A stretch of 55,825 bases of DNA. Origin: Candidatus Giovannonibacteria bacterium RIFOXYD1_FULL_48_21. Its GTDB lineage: Bacteria; Patescibacteriota; Minisyncoccia; JACPKW01; UBA11713. The notes beneath the pieces are model-generated. The model was not told where the DNA came from. It made no database searches and saw only the letters and a list, made by a program, of their open reading frames with translations. Every line of letters begins with the position of its first letter. Position 1 is the stretch's first letter. This document shows positions 1 through 8,222 of the stretch, one piece after another. A program made the position numbers and the translations under genes. Location of the stretch: positions 1-55,825 of the forward strand of contig MFIU01000002.1 of the NCBI GenBank assembly GCA_001778985.1. Direction: 5' to 3'.

Positions 1-155
1 CTTCGACAAGCTCAGGATATTCCTACCGGAATACCGCTGACCATATTCATCACAAAAAAGAAGAACCCTGCCCCAATGAATTCGAAACTACTTACGCGCC
101 AGAGAGGCCGGAGATTGTTTACTGCGAGGCTTGCTATCTACGGGAGGTTGTGTAA
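1..155 (+). CDS. 3' end of a CDS running off the left window edge; Cys-rich C-terminus (...CPNEFETTYAPERPEIVYCEACYLREVV*), product unknown
   Basis: Frame 3 is open from the window edge to TAA 153-155. It is absent from the ORF track because it has no start in the window. Bases 1-16 carry a variant of the TTCGACA(A/G)GCTCAGG element, read as STSSG. Confidence 0.4.
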   Translation, partial: STSSGYSYRNTADHIHHKKEEPCPNEFETTYAPERPEIVYCEACYLREVV

Positions 156-176
156 TAATGGAAAAACTGACTTTTA

Positions 177-395
177 ATGCCTGAAAATAAAGGGAAGATA
201 ATCGTGGAGGGGCGGGTCGAAGAGGCCTTGCCCAACGCAACTTTTAGGGTTATTCTGGAGGATGGCAGAGCAATCCTCGCGCATCTCGCAGGCAAGATGC
301 GTCTTTTTTACATCAGGGTCCTGGTGGGGGACCGGGTTAGAATTGAAATTTCTCCCTACGACGCGACCAAGGGCCGCATTATTAAAAGACTATGA
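177..395 (+). CDS. infA: translation initiation factor IF-1
   Basis: The 72-aa S1-like OB protein has the motifs [15 protein letters not shown]...[24 protein letters not shown]...GRI. Its position ahead of rpmJ-rpsM fits the conserved cluster. Confidence 0.95.
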   Translation: MPENKGKIIVEGRVEEALPNATFRVILEDGRAILAHLAGKMRLFYIRVLVGDRVRIEISPYDATKGRIIKRL

Positions 396-505
396 AGGTT
401 AGAGCTTCCGTTAAAAAGATTTGCAATTCCTGCAAAGTTGTGCGCCGGCGCGGACGGCTCTGGGTGATTTGCTCTAATCCTAAACATAAGCAAAGACAAG
501 GATGA
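392..505 (+). CDS. rpmJ: 50S ribosomal protein L36
   Basis: Hand translation gives [37 protein letters not shown]. It is too short for the ORF track. Its ATG overlaps the infA stop (ATGA) and the order infA-rpmJ-rpsM is conserved. Confidence 0.9.
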   Translation: MKVRASVKKICNSCKVVRRRGRLWVICSNPKHKQRQG

Positions 506-512
506 CCCTTAT

Positions 513-896
513 ATGAGAATCGCGGGTACAAATATTCCGGACCAAAAGCGCTTGGAGATCGCGCTTACTTATATTTACGGCATCGGCCGCTGGGCGGCGC
601 TGGATATTCTGTCCCGTGCCCAAGTTCCTCCGTCCAAACTTCCAAAAGAACTGAAAAGCGAAGAAATCGGAAGAATTCGCGAAGAGCTTGAAAAAAAATA
701 CAAAGTTGAGGGTGAGCTGCGGCGGGAAACCTTGTTTAACATTAAGCGCTTGAAGGACATTGGCTCTTACCGCGGGACTCGTCACCTGCGGGGCCTGCCA
801 GTCCGCGGGCAGAGAACCAAAACAAATTCTCGGACCCGGCGCGGCAACGTCCGTAAGACCATGGGTTCGGGCAAGCGCAAGCTGGAAAAGAAATAA
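513..896 (+). CDS. rpsM: 30S ribosomal protein S13
   Basis: MRIAGTNIP..K....ALTYIYGIG...A..I; YRG.RH..GLPVRGQRTKTN.RTRRG. Confidence 0.95.
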   Translation: MRIAGTNIPDQKRLEIALTYIYGIGRWAALDILSRAQVPPSKLPKELKSEEIGRIREELEKKYKVEGELRRETLFNIKRLKDIGSYRGTRHLRGLPVRGQRTKTNSRTRRGNVRKTMGSGKRKLEKK

Positions 897-897
897 A

Positions 898-1329
898 ATG
901 GGCAAGAAGCGCATTATTCAAAAAGCTGGAGGAAGCGTTGAGGCTTCAAAAGCCCGCGCCTTGGTCCGGCTCCCCAAAAAAAAGCTGGAGTCCGGGATTT
1001 TAAACATTCTCTCCACCTATAACAACACGATTATTTCCTTGAGCGACCCGGAAGGGCGGGTGGTGCTGTCTTCTTCCTCCGGGGCCATGGGATTTAAAGG
1101 AGCGAGAAAAGGAACTCCTTACGCCGCTTCTAAAGTGGCGGATTTCATGGCGGAACGGGCCAAACTTATCGGCTTGAAAGAGGTCGGCATAAAGGTCAAA
1201 GGCATCGGCGCCGGCCGGGAATCAGCCATCCGCACTTTCGCCGCCCGCGGTTTCGATATTCAATCTATCAGAGACCTGACGCCGACTCCGCATAACGGTC
1301 CTAAACCCCCTAAGCCCCGCCGGGTCTAA
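898..1329 (+). CDS. rpsK: 30S ribosomal protein S11
   Basis: The start is taken at the internal ATG 898, directly after the rpsM stop; the ORF-track start at 760 lies inside rpsM. Motifs include NNTIISLSD..G.....SSG..GFKGARKGTPYAA and a C-terminal DLTPTPHNG. Confidence 0.93.
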   Translation: MGKKRIIQKAGGSVEASKARALVRLPKKKLESGILNILSTYNNTIISLSDPEGRVVLSSSSGAMGFKGARKGTPYAASKVADFMAERAKLIGLKEVGIKVKGIGAGRESAIRTFAARGFDIQSIRDLTPTPHNGPKPPKPRRV

Positions 1330-1331
1330 CC

Positions 1332-1946
1332 ATGAGGGTCACTTGCAAAATTTGCCGGCGGCTGGGCCTGTCGGTCTGCGGCAGAGAGAAATGTGCTTTT
1401 AGACGCAAGCCCTATCCGCCGGGCGAGCACGGCCGTAGCGCTAAGTTCGCGAAAAGGCCCTCCGAGTACGGCCAGCAGCTTCGGGAGAAGCAGAAGCTGA
1501 AGTTTCTTTATAATCTTCGGGAAGTCCAGTTCCGAAATTACGTCGAGGAGGCGGAGCGCCGGAGCGGGGAGAGCGCGGAGAATCTGATTTCGCTTTTGGA
1601 AGCGCGCCTCGACAACGCGGTTTTTCGGCTGGGATTTTTCCCCTCCCGCGCCCAGGCGCGCCAAGCCGTTTCGCACGGACATTTTTTGGTGAATGGCCGG
1701 AAGGTGACGATTCCCTCTCTTCGGATACGCCGGGGCGATAAAATTTCCATCCGGCCGCAAAGCCTCGGCAAAGGGATTTTCCGGGACCTCGATATCTATC
1801 TCAAAAAATACAACCCGCCCGCCTGGCTTTCCTTGGATAAAGATAAGAAAGAAGGCGAAGTTCTCGGCGCCCCGAGTCTCGCCGCGGACCCCGCTCTCGC
1901 CAGCAATATAAATTTAAAAGCCATCGTCGAATTTTATTCGCGTTAA
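1332..1946 (+). CDS. rpsD: 30S ribosomal protein S4
   Basis: It has a Zn-finger-type N-terminus (CKICRRLG), YGQQLREKQKLKF.Y, and an S4 RNA-binding domain (RLDN.VFRLGF..SR.QARQ.V.HGH..VNG). Confidence 0.95.
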   Translation: MRVTCKICRRLGLSVCGREKCAFRRKPYPPGEHGRSAKFAKRPSEYGQQLREKQKLKFLYNLREVQFRNYVEEAERRSGESAENLISLLEARLDNAVFRLGFFPSRAQARQAVSHGHFLVNGRKVTIPSLRIRRGDKISIRPQSLGKGIFRDLDIYLKKYNPPAWLSLDKDKKEGEVLGAPSLAADPALASNINLKAIVEFYSR

Positions 1947-1963
1947 GTAAAAATGATTGAGTT

Positions 1964-2950
1964 ATGATTTACACCATTTCTCTTCCTTCTCGGATTCGCG
2001 CCGTTCTGGAAGAGGGCGATAAAGGAGTTTACGAAGTGGATGCCCTGCATCCCGGCTACGGCCACACTCTCGGCAACAGCCTCCGGCGGGTTTTGCTTTC
2101 GTCTTTGCCCGGCACGGCGATTACCAGAGTTAAAATTCAAGGCGTTTCGCATGAATTCTCGACCATCCCGGACGTTAAGGAAGACGTTATTTCGATTCTT
2201 CTGAATCTCAAGCGCCTGCGGCTTTTGATGCACACCGACGAGCCGCAGGTCATAAAACTTTCAGCGCACGGCGTCAAAAAAGTTAAGGCGGAGGATTTTG
2301 AAGTGCCGACGCAGGTGGAAGTCATCAGCAAGGATTTGCCCGTGGCCACCCTGACTTCCAAAGAAGCCAAATTGGAGCTGGAAGCGACCGTGGAAAGAGG
2401 TTTGGGCTACGTGCCGCGCGAAGTTTTAGAACAAGAAAAGGTTGAGGTCGGCACCCTGACGCTGGACGCGATTTTCACGCCCATCCGCAAGGTGAATTAC
2501 GAGGTGGAGAATATGCGGGTGGGCGACCGCACGGACTACAACCGCCTGCGTTTTTCCATTGAGACCGACGGCACGATAACGCCGCGCCAAGCCCTGGAGG
2601 AGAGCCTCTCGATTTTAATGAAACAGCTTCAGGCTTTGAGTTTTTCCGAGCCGGAAGTTTTTCCTAAAGTTGAAGCCGGCGCCGGAGCTTTGGCGCCGGA
2701 ACGAGTTTCAGAGGAACTCCCGATTGAAGCCGAGGGCGAAGACGCCGAAACGCCTTTGAAAATCAGGGTGGAGGATTTGGAACTTTCGGCCCGGACCCAG
2801 AATGCTCTCACTACCGCCGGAATCAGAACCGTGGGCGGACTCGTCAAAAAATCGAAGGGGGATTTGCTGGAACTCTCCGGAGTAGGGGCCAAGGCGGTCG
2901 CGGAGATTGAAAAGGCCCTCGCGGATTTAAATCTTTCGCTGAAAGAATAA
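1964..2950 (+). CDS. rpoA: DNA-directed RNA polymerase alpha subunit
   Basis: N-terminal motifs are GYGHTLGNSLRRVLLSSLPG.AIT and V.YEVEN.RVG.RTDYN.L. The C-terminal CTD has the helix-hairpin-helix motif (LELS.RT.NAL...GI.TVG.L). Cluster position fits. Confidence 0.95.
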   Translation: MIYTISLPSRIRAVLEEGDKGVYEVDALHPGYGHTLGNSLRRVLLSSLPGTAITRVKIQGVSHEFSTIPDVKEDVISILLNLKRLRLLMHTDEPQVIKLSAHGVKKVKAEDFEVPTQVEVISKDLPVATLTSKEAKLELEATVERGLGYVPREVLEQEKVEVGTLTLDAIFTPIRKVNYEVENMRVGDRTDYNRLRFSIETDGTITPRQALEESLSILMKQLQALSFSEPEVFPKVEAGAGALAPERVSEELPIEAEGEDAETPLKIRVEDLELSARTQNALTTAGIRTVGGLVKKSKGDLLELSGVGAKAVAEIEKALADLNLSLKE

Positions 2951-2952
2951 CG

Positions 2953-3303
2953 ATGCGGCACCGTAAGCGCGGCCGAAAATTCGGTAGAGTCAGAAAAGTC
3001 AGGCGGGCTTTGATTCATTCGCTGATTCATTCGCTGGTTTTGAAGGAAAAAATTCGAACGACCACAGCCAAGGCGAAAGAAATCCGGCCGGAAGCGGAAC
3101 GTTTGGTCACCCAAGCCAAGAGAAATACCGCCTCCTCCCGGCGCGAAGTTTTGAAGAAAGTTTCCGATAAATCTCTGGCCAAAAAACTTTTTTCGGTTTT
3201 GGGGCCCCGTTATCTTGACCGCCCCGGCGGTTATACTAGAATAATCAAACTCGGGCGGCGGAAATCCGATAACGCCCCCATGGCCATAATAGAATTTGTT
3301 TGA
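2953..3303 (+). CDS. rplQ: 50S ribosomal protein L17
   Basis: MRHRKRGRKFGR....R.AL...L...L...E.I.TT..KAKE.R; GGYTRI.KLG.R.GDNA.MA.IE. Confidence 0.95.
   Translation: MRHRKRGRKFGRVRKVRRALIHSLIHSLVLKEKIRTTTAKAKEIRPEAERLVTQAKRNTASSRREVLKKVSDKSLAKKLFSVLGPRYLDRPGGYTRIIKLGRRKSDNAPMAIIEFV
3011..3034 (+). repeat. perfect 12-bp tandem duplication (TGATTCATTCGC x2) inside rplQ, giving LIHS-LIHS
   Basis: Read directly from the sequence: 3011-3022 is identical to 3023-3034, and the duplication is in frame. Confidence 0.9.
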
Positions 3304-3305
3304 GC

Positions 3306-3650
3306 ATGAGCGAGAAGATTATTCTAGACGTCAAAGGAAAATCGCTGGGACGCGCCGCTTCCCAGGCGGTTTTACTTTTGCGCGGGAAAAACCGGCCGGA
3401 TTTCGAGCCGAGAATTCGTCCCAGCCACGAAGTCGCGATTAAAAATGTGCTTGAGCTTGGAATTCATCCCGCGAAAATGAGAACCAAAGTTTACACTCGT
3501 TATTCCGGCTACCCAGGAGGGCTTAAAGAAATCACGCTTGAAAAATTATGGGCCAAAAATCCGAAAGAAGTTTTCCGCAAGGCGGTTTGGGGCATGCTTC
3601 CCAAAAACCGCTCGAGAAAGCATATTATAAAAAATTTAAAATTTGAATGA
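3306..3650 (+). CDS. rplM: 50S ribosomal protein L13
   Basis: Motifs are GK.LGR.AS.....LRGK.RP.F.P and YTRYSGYPGG.KE. The start is either ATG 3306 or TTG 3300 (the ORF track uses 3300). Confidence 0.92.
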   Translation: MSEKIILDVKGKSLGRAASQAVLLLRGKNRPDFEPRIRPSHEVAIKNVLELGIHPAKMRTKVYTRYSGYPGGLKEITLEKLWAKNPKEVFRKAVWGMLPKNRSRKHIIKNLKFE

Positions 3651-4165
3651 AGAAGAAAGCCCCAACCAAGAAGATTATAAAGAAGGCTCGCCCCGTTAGA
3701 AGTAAGCCCCGACCTGATGTCGGGGCTGCCGCCCCGCTGGTGGCGGAGCGGACTTCTAACGGGGTGAAGAAGTCAGAGAGGTATCTGGAAGCCGTGGGCC
3801 GCAGAAAAACATCGGTGGCCAGGGTGCGCCTTTACGAGGGCGAGAAATTTTCCATTTTCATAAATCAAAAGCCGTTTGAAAATTATTTCCCAACCTACGA
3901 ACTTCGGCATATTGTCGAAGAGCCGCTCTCGAAAACGAACTTGACTCGAGATTTTTCAATCAGCGTGAAAGTCAACGGGGGAGGGATTCACTCCCAGGCT
4001 GAGGCGGTTCGGCACGGGATTTCCCGGATGCTCGAAAAACGCGAGCCCGGGCTCCGAAAAATTTTAAAGCCTCTGGGTTTTCTGAAACGCGACCCTCGGA
4101 TGAAAGAACGCCGCAAATTCGGCTTGAAAAAGGCAAGAAAAGCCCCGCAATGGGCAAAGAGGTAA
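3647..4165 (+). CDS. rpsI: 30S ribosomal protein S9 with an extended N-terminus
   Basis: The core is AVGRRKTSVARVRL..G.G...IN and the C-terminus is GGG...QA.A.RHGISR.L......R..LK..GFL.RD.R.KERRK.GLKKARKAPQ..KR. An N-terminal extension of about 45 aa includes the palindromic element at 3691-3764. Confidence 0.93.
   Translation: MKKKAPTKKIIKKARPVRSKPRPDVGAAAPLVAERTSNGVKKSERYLEAVGRRKTSVARVRLYEGEKFSIFINQKPFENYFPTYELRHIVEEPLSKTNLTRDFSISVKVNGGGIHSQAEAVRHGISRMLEKREPGLRKILKPLGFLKRDPRMKERRKFGLKKARKAPQWAKR
3691..3764 (+). repeat. palindromic element (class A) embedded in-frame in rpsI
   Basis: The 13-bp terminal inverted repeats are CCCCGTTAGAAGT (3691-3703) and ACTTCTAACGGGG (3752-3764). An inner 9-bp hairpin AGCCCCGAC/GTCGGGGCT lies at 3705-3727. 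The same termini recur at 34789-34838, and the left end recurs at 44078-44090. Confidence 0.8.
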
Positions 4166-4176
4166 GATTTTATTGA

Positions 4177-4203
4177 TTAGCACTCTTGACTGGAGAGTGC
4201 TAG
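4177..4203 (+). promoter_or_regulatory. CIRCE operator (HrcA binding site)
   Basis: The sequence TTAGCACTC-N9-GAGTGCTAG differs from the consensus TTAGCACTC-N9-GAGTGCTAA at one base. It lies directly upstream of hrcA. Confidence 0.9.
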
Positions 4204-4213
4204 TTGATATAAT
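4186..4213 (+). promoter_or_regulatory. sigma-70-type promoter overlapping CIRCE
   Basis: The -35 is TTGACT (4186-4191), the spacer is 16 bp, and the -10 is TATAAT (4208-4213). The -10 ends 6 nt before the hrcA ATG, which suggests a leaderless transcript. Confidence 0.7.
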
Positions 4214-4219
4214 GGTTTT

Positions 4220-4948
4220 ATGCCAAGGTTAGCCGAGCGGGAGGAAAATATCCTAGATTTTATTATTCGGGATTATGTTGAGAGCGCCGTTCCGGTTTCT
4301 TCCGGACGGGTTTTTGACGCCGGGCTTTTTAAGGCCTCTCCAGCCACGATTAGGAACGCCATGCTGGAATTGGACGACGAGGGATTTTTGGAACAGCCGC
4401 ATACTTCGGCCGGCCGGGTCCCCACGGACAAGGCTTACCGGTATTTCGTGGATAATTTGATGGCATATCACGAACCGGCCAGGCACGAGCGGGAAATTTT
4501 TGACGAGCTCGCCCGCCGGATAACGAAACGCCATGAGCTTTTGTTCGAGAACTTCGGGAAGATGATGGCGGAGGAGCTGGGCCTTTTTGCTTCCGTGGCT
4601 AATTTCGGCGCCAAAAAAAGAGTTCGCGGTTTTGGGTTTGAAGAGCTTTTGAGAGAACCGGAGTTTGAAAACCATGACCTGTCCGTGGAATTCGCGAGAG
4701 TCGTGGACCATCTGGACGAGGCCGCCCGGCAGTACCTCGAGAGCTCTTCGGAAGAAAAGCCGGAGGTGTTCATCGGCGAGGAAAACCCGCTTAAGGCGGC
4801 GCGCTCTTTCAGCACCGTGGCTTTTCGTTTTTCTGACGGCAAGATTGGAAAGTGCGTGGTCTTCGCGATGGGCCCCAAGCGCATGGACTATGAACGGATT
4901 TCTTCCGTTTTGGATTTCGCGACCCGGGATATAATGGAACGGATATAA
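4220..4948 (+). CDS. hrcA: heat-inducible transcription repressor HrcA (short form, 242 aa)
   Basis: Motifs are PVSSGRV.......SPATIRN.M.ELD.EGFLEQPHTSAGRVPTDKAYRYFVD.L and a C-terminal GPKRMDYER. It is preceded by CIRCE and followed by grpE-dnaK-dnaJ. Confidence 0.9.
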   Translation: MPRLAEREENILDFIIRDYVESAVPVSSGRVFDAGLFKASPATIRNAMLELDDEGFLEQPHTSAGRVPTDKAYRYFVDNLMAYHEPARHEREIFDELARRITKRHELLFENFGKMMAEELGLFASVANFGAKKRVRGFGFEELLREPEFENHDLSVEFARVVDHLDEAARQYLESSSEEKPEVFIGEENPLKAARSFSTVAFRFSDGKIGKCVVFAMGPKRMDYERISSVLDFATRDIMERI

Positions 4949-4950
4949 TT

Positions 4951-5460
4951 ATGGAAGAAGAGATTGAAGAGATTATTGAAGAAGAAGGAGAAGGGGACTT
5001 TCGCGAAAAGATAAAAAAGATTCGCGAAGAACTGAAGGTCTGCCGGAAAGAAAAAGAAGAATATCTGGCGGGGTGGCAGAGGGCCAAGGCGGATTTTATC
5101 AACGCCCGGAAAGATGAAGAGAAATTGCGGGAAAATTTTCTGAAGTTCGCCGAGGAAAATTTACTGCGGGAGTTTCTGGCGATTGCGGATTCGCTGGAAC
5201 TCGCTATTAAATTGAGGCCTTCTGAAGGGGTGGAGCAAATCTACTCGCAGTTGAGAGGGCTTTTGAAAAAATACGGGGTTAGTCCGATCGAGAGTTTGGG
5301 AAAAAAGTTTGATCCTTTGGAACATGAAGCCATTGAAAAAGTCGAAGTTTCGGAGGCGGAGAGGGAAGATGTGGTTTTAGAAGAGTTGCAAAGGGGCTGG
5401 CGGCTTCATGAGAAAGTTCTAAGGCCAGCAAAGGTCAAAGTAGGAGTTCTTAAAAAATGA
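4951..5460 (+). CDS. grpE: nucleotide exchange factor GrpE
   Basis: It has an acidic coiled-coil N-terminus, YLAGWQRAKADF.N.RK, a C-terminal G..FDP..HEA, and GY.L...VLRPA.V.V. Operon context fits. Confidence 0.9.
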   Translation: MEEEIEEIIEEEGEGDFREKIKKIREELKVCRKEKEEYLAGWQRAKADFINARKDEEKLRENFLKFAEENLLREFLAIADSLELAIKLRPSEGVEQIYSQLRGLLKKYGVSPIESLGKKFDPLEHEAIEKVEVSEAEREDVVLEELQRGWRLHEKVLRPAKVKVGVLKK

Positions 5461-5489
5461 GCCCGAAGCGCGCCTAGCGCGCCCCGGGC
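5461..5489 (+). repeat. GC-rich imperfect palindrome immediately after the grpE stop
   Basis: In GCCCGAAGCGCGC-cta-GCGCGCCCCGGGC the arms are complementary apart from AA/GG. No T-tract follows. It marks the left edge of the AT-rich insert. Confidence 0.6.
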
Positions 5490-5666
5490 GAAACTTCGAA
5501 TATAGAAAGAGAAGGCAGCCAGGTGTGGCTAACGGAGTTTATAAAAATGCGCAATTTATTTATAGACTTTCTGAAGAAGAAAAAAATTATTCATTTCAGT
5601 ACGAAGAAAGAGCCAAAGAAAAATTTAGAAAAAAAATTTTTAACATGGCGAAAGAAATAAAATAAT

Positions 5667-6368
5667 ATGGAAAATTCGAAAATCATAGAAAAAAATAAAA
5701 ATTCGATAATTTTAATTGAGGTGTTCATTCCCGAAGTTCCAGAGAGTGAAAAAGGTAAATTAAGTGTGCGCGGGACAGGATTTATAATTTCTCCAGATGG
5801 TCAGTTCATTACTTGTGCCCATGTATATAATCAGCTTAGTGAAAATGAAAAAAAACATCTCAGAGTAAATGTTCCTCATGAAATGGATTCAAAAGGCATT
5901 ACTCACTATAAGAGATACGGCGTCGAGTTGTTGAAACTTGATAATGAAAATGACGTTGCATTAATGAAGATTGTAGATAAGAATTCAGGTACCTTTTCTG
6001 TCATAAGTAAATTAGGTAATTCCGAAAGCGTTTCGGAAGGAGATGAAGTTATATTTCTTGGTTACCCGTTGGCTACCGAATTGCTTGCGTTAGGTTTTGG
6101 TATAACTATGACAACAAATAGTTGTATTATAAGTTCTGTTAAGAGACGTGGGATAGATGGATCGTTGCACTTCTTTCTGATTGATACACATACTAATAAC
6201 GGTTCTAGTGGTTCACCAGTATTTCTAAAATCTACAGGGGAGATTATCGGTATTGTTAGTGGTAGAATCTCTCAGAAGGTTGATTTACCAGACAGAAAAT
6301 TGGCAGATATACCAGCGAATCTCGGAATATGCAGACCAATAAATTATATTAAGGGGCTAATCAAATAA
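5667..6368 (+). CDS. trypsin-like (S1/S1C fold) serine peptidase with no signal peptide
   Basis: The catalytic-triad context is [18 protein letters not shown] (His), NDVALMKI (Asp) and [11 protein letters not shown] (Ser). The gene is visibly much more AT-rich than its neighbours. Confidence 0.75.
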   Translation: MENSKIIEKNKNSIILIEVFIPEVPESEKGKLSVRGTGFIISPDGQFITCAHVYNQLSENEKKHLRVNVPHEMDSKGITHYKRYGVELLKLDNENDVALMKIVDKNSGTFSVISKLGNSESVSEGDEVIFLGYPLATELLALGFGITMTTNSCIISSVKRRGIDGSLHFFLIDTHTNNGSSGSPVFLKSTGEIIGIVSGRISQKVDLPDRKLADIPANLGICRPINYIKGLIK

Positions 6369-6373
6369 AAATT

Positions 6374-8221
6374 ATGCCAAAAATTTTGGGAATTGATTTG
6401 GGAACGACTAACTCCGCCATGGCCATCGTGGAAGGCGGCGAGCCTCGCATTTTGGAAAATGAGGAAGGGGCTAGGACCACGCCTTCCATGGTCGCTATTT
6501 CCAAGGCCGGAGAGCGGGTGGTGGGGCTTTTGGCAAAGCGCCAGGCCGTTACCAACCCCGAGAATACTATTTTTTCGGTGAAACGGCTTATCGGACGCAA
6601 GTTTACGGACCAGGAAGTCGGGCGCGACCTTAAATGGCTGCCTTATAAAATCCAAGAGTCGCAAAACAAGGGGGTGGAGATGAAAATGGGTGACCCGCCA
6701 ACCGATGGCTGGTACCGGCCGGAAGAGCTCTCCGCCATGGTGCTCGGAAAGTTGAAGCGCGACGCCGAAGCCAAGCTCGGCGAGAAAATCACCGAGGCGG
6801 TGATAACTGTTCCAGCTTATTTTGACGATGCCCAGAGGGCCGCCACCAAAGCCGCGGGCGAAATCGCCGGCTTTAACGTGAAAAGAATCTTGCCGGAGCC
6901 GACCGCGGCCGCCTTGGCTTACGGGATTGGAAGGCCCGCCAAAGGAGGGTCTGCCCCTGGCAGAAAAGATGAGAAAATCGCGGTCTACGATTTCGGGGGC
7001 GGCACTTTCGACGTTTCGGTCCTGGAGGTAAGCGCGGACACCGTGGAAGTCAGGGCGATTGGCGGCGATACGCATTTGGGCGGCGATGATTTCGACCAAA
7101 TACTTATAAACCATCTGGCGGCCGAATTTAAAAAATCCCAAGGAATTGATTTGTCCAAAGACCCGTTGGCGCTCCAGCGTCTGAAAGAAGCCGCCGAGAA
7201 AGCCAAACACGAACTTTCGACCACGATGGAAACGGAGATTAATATTCCTTTCATTACCGCCGACGCCTCCGGACCTAAACATTTCTTGATGAAATTGGCG
7301 CGGGCCAAACTTGAAGATTTGGTGCGGGATTTGGTGGAGCGTTCCATTGTCCTTACCAGAGAAGCAGTCACGGCCGCTTCTCCCAAGGGCGCCGGATTTA
7401 ATCTCAACGAGATTGATGAAGTGATTTTGGTCGGGGGCCAGACCAGAATGCCCTTGATTCAGGAAGAAGTTAAAAAACTTTTCGGCAAAGAACCCAACCG
7501 CTCCATCAATCCGGACGAAGTGGTGGCAATCGGCGCTGCGGTTCAAGCCGGAATTCTGCAGGGCGACGTTAAAGACGTTTTGCTTTTGGACGTAACTCCG
7601 CTTTCTTTCGGAATCGAAACTCTGGGAGGAATTTTCACTAAAATTATTGAGAGGAACACCACGATTCCGGTTTCCAAGGCCCAAATTTTTTCCACCGCGG
7701 CCGACAATCAAACTTCGGTGGAAGTTCATATTTTACAGGGGGAGCGGGAGATGGCAGGCGACAATAAAACTCTCGGCCGCTTTATCTTGGACGGCATTCC
7801 GCCCGCGCCTCGCGGCCTGCCGCAGGTTGAGGTTTCATTTGATATCGACGCCAACGGCCTTCTCAACGTAAAGGCGCGGGAAAAAACCACCGGCAAAGAG
7901 CAGTCGGTTCGGATTGAGGCCTCCACCGGTCTTTCCAAAGAAGAAATCGCGAAGATGAAACTCGAGGCCGAGGCGCACGCCGCCGAAGACCATAAGAAAA
8001 GAGAGCTGGTTGAACTTAAGAATCAAGCCGACCAGCTGGTTTACGCCGCCGAGAAGTCTTTGCGGGAAGGCGGAGAAAAAGTTTCCGAAGAGATTAAAAA
8101 AGACATTGAAGCCAAAATTGACGAGTTGAAAAAAATAAAAGATACTGCCCAAGAGGCCGGAGAGATTAAAAAGCGCATTGAAGATTTAGCGCAGAGTCTC
8201 TCCAAGGTCTCTCAAAAATAA
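6374..8221 (+). CDS. dnaK: molecular chaperone DnaK (Hsp70)
   Basis: [49 protein letters not shown]. Confidence 0.97.
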   Translation: MPKILGIDLGTTNSAMAIVEGGEPRILENEEGARTTPSMVAISKAGERVVGLLAKRQAVTNPENTIFSVKRLIGRKFTDQEVGRDLKWLPYKIQESQNKGVEMKMGDPPTDGWYRPEELSAMVLGKLKRDAEAKLGEKITEAVITVPAYFDDAQRAATKAAGEIAGFNVKRILPEPTAAALAYGIGRPAKGGSAPGRKDEKIAVYDFGGGTFDVSVLEVSADTVEVRAIGGDTHLGGDDFDQILINHLAAEFKKSQGIDLSKDPLALQRLKEAAEKAKHELSTTMETEINIPFITADASGPKHFLMKLARAKLEDLVRDLVERSIVLTREAVTAASPKGAGFNLNEIDEVILVGGQTRMPLIQEEVKKLFGKEPNRSINPDEVVAIGAAVQAGILQGDVKDVLLLDVTPLSFGIETLGGIFTKIIERNTTIPVSKAQIFSTAADNQTSVEVHILQGEREMAGDNKTLGRFILDGIPPAPRGLPQVEVSFDIDANGLLNVKAREKTTGKEQSVRIEASTGLSKEEIAKMKLEAEAHAAEDHKKRELVELKNQADQLVYAAEKSLREGGEKVSEEIKKDIEAKIDELKKIKDTAQEAGEIKKRIEDLAQSLSKVSQK

Positions 8222-8222
8222 T

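Noticed and set aside
6344-7729. A 461-aa ORF antisense to dnaK.
   Set aside because: It lies entirely within the well-supported dnaK CDS, has low-complexity Gly/Arg/Phe-rich composition and no recognisable motifs. Long antisense shadow ORFs in hsp70 genes are a known codon-bias artefact.
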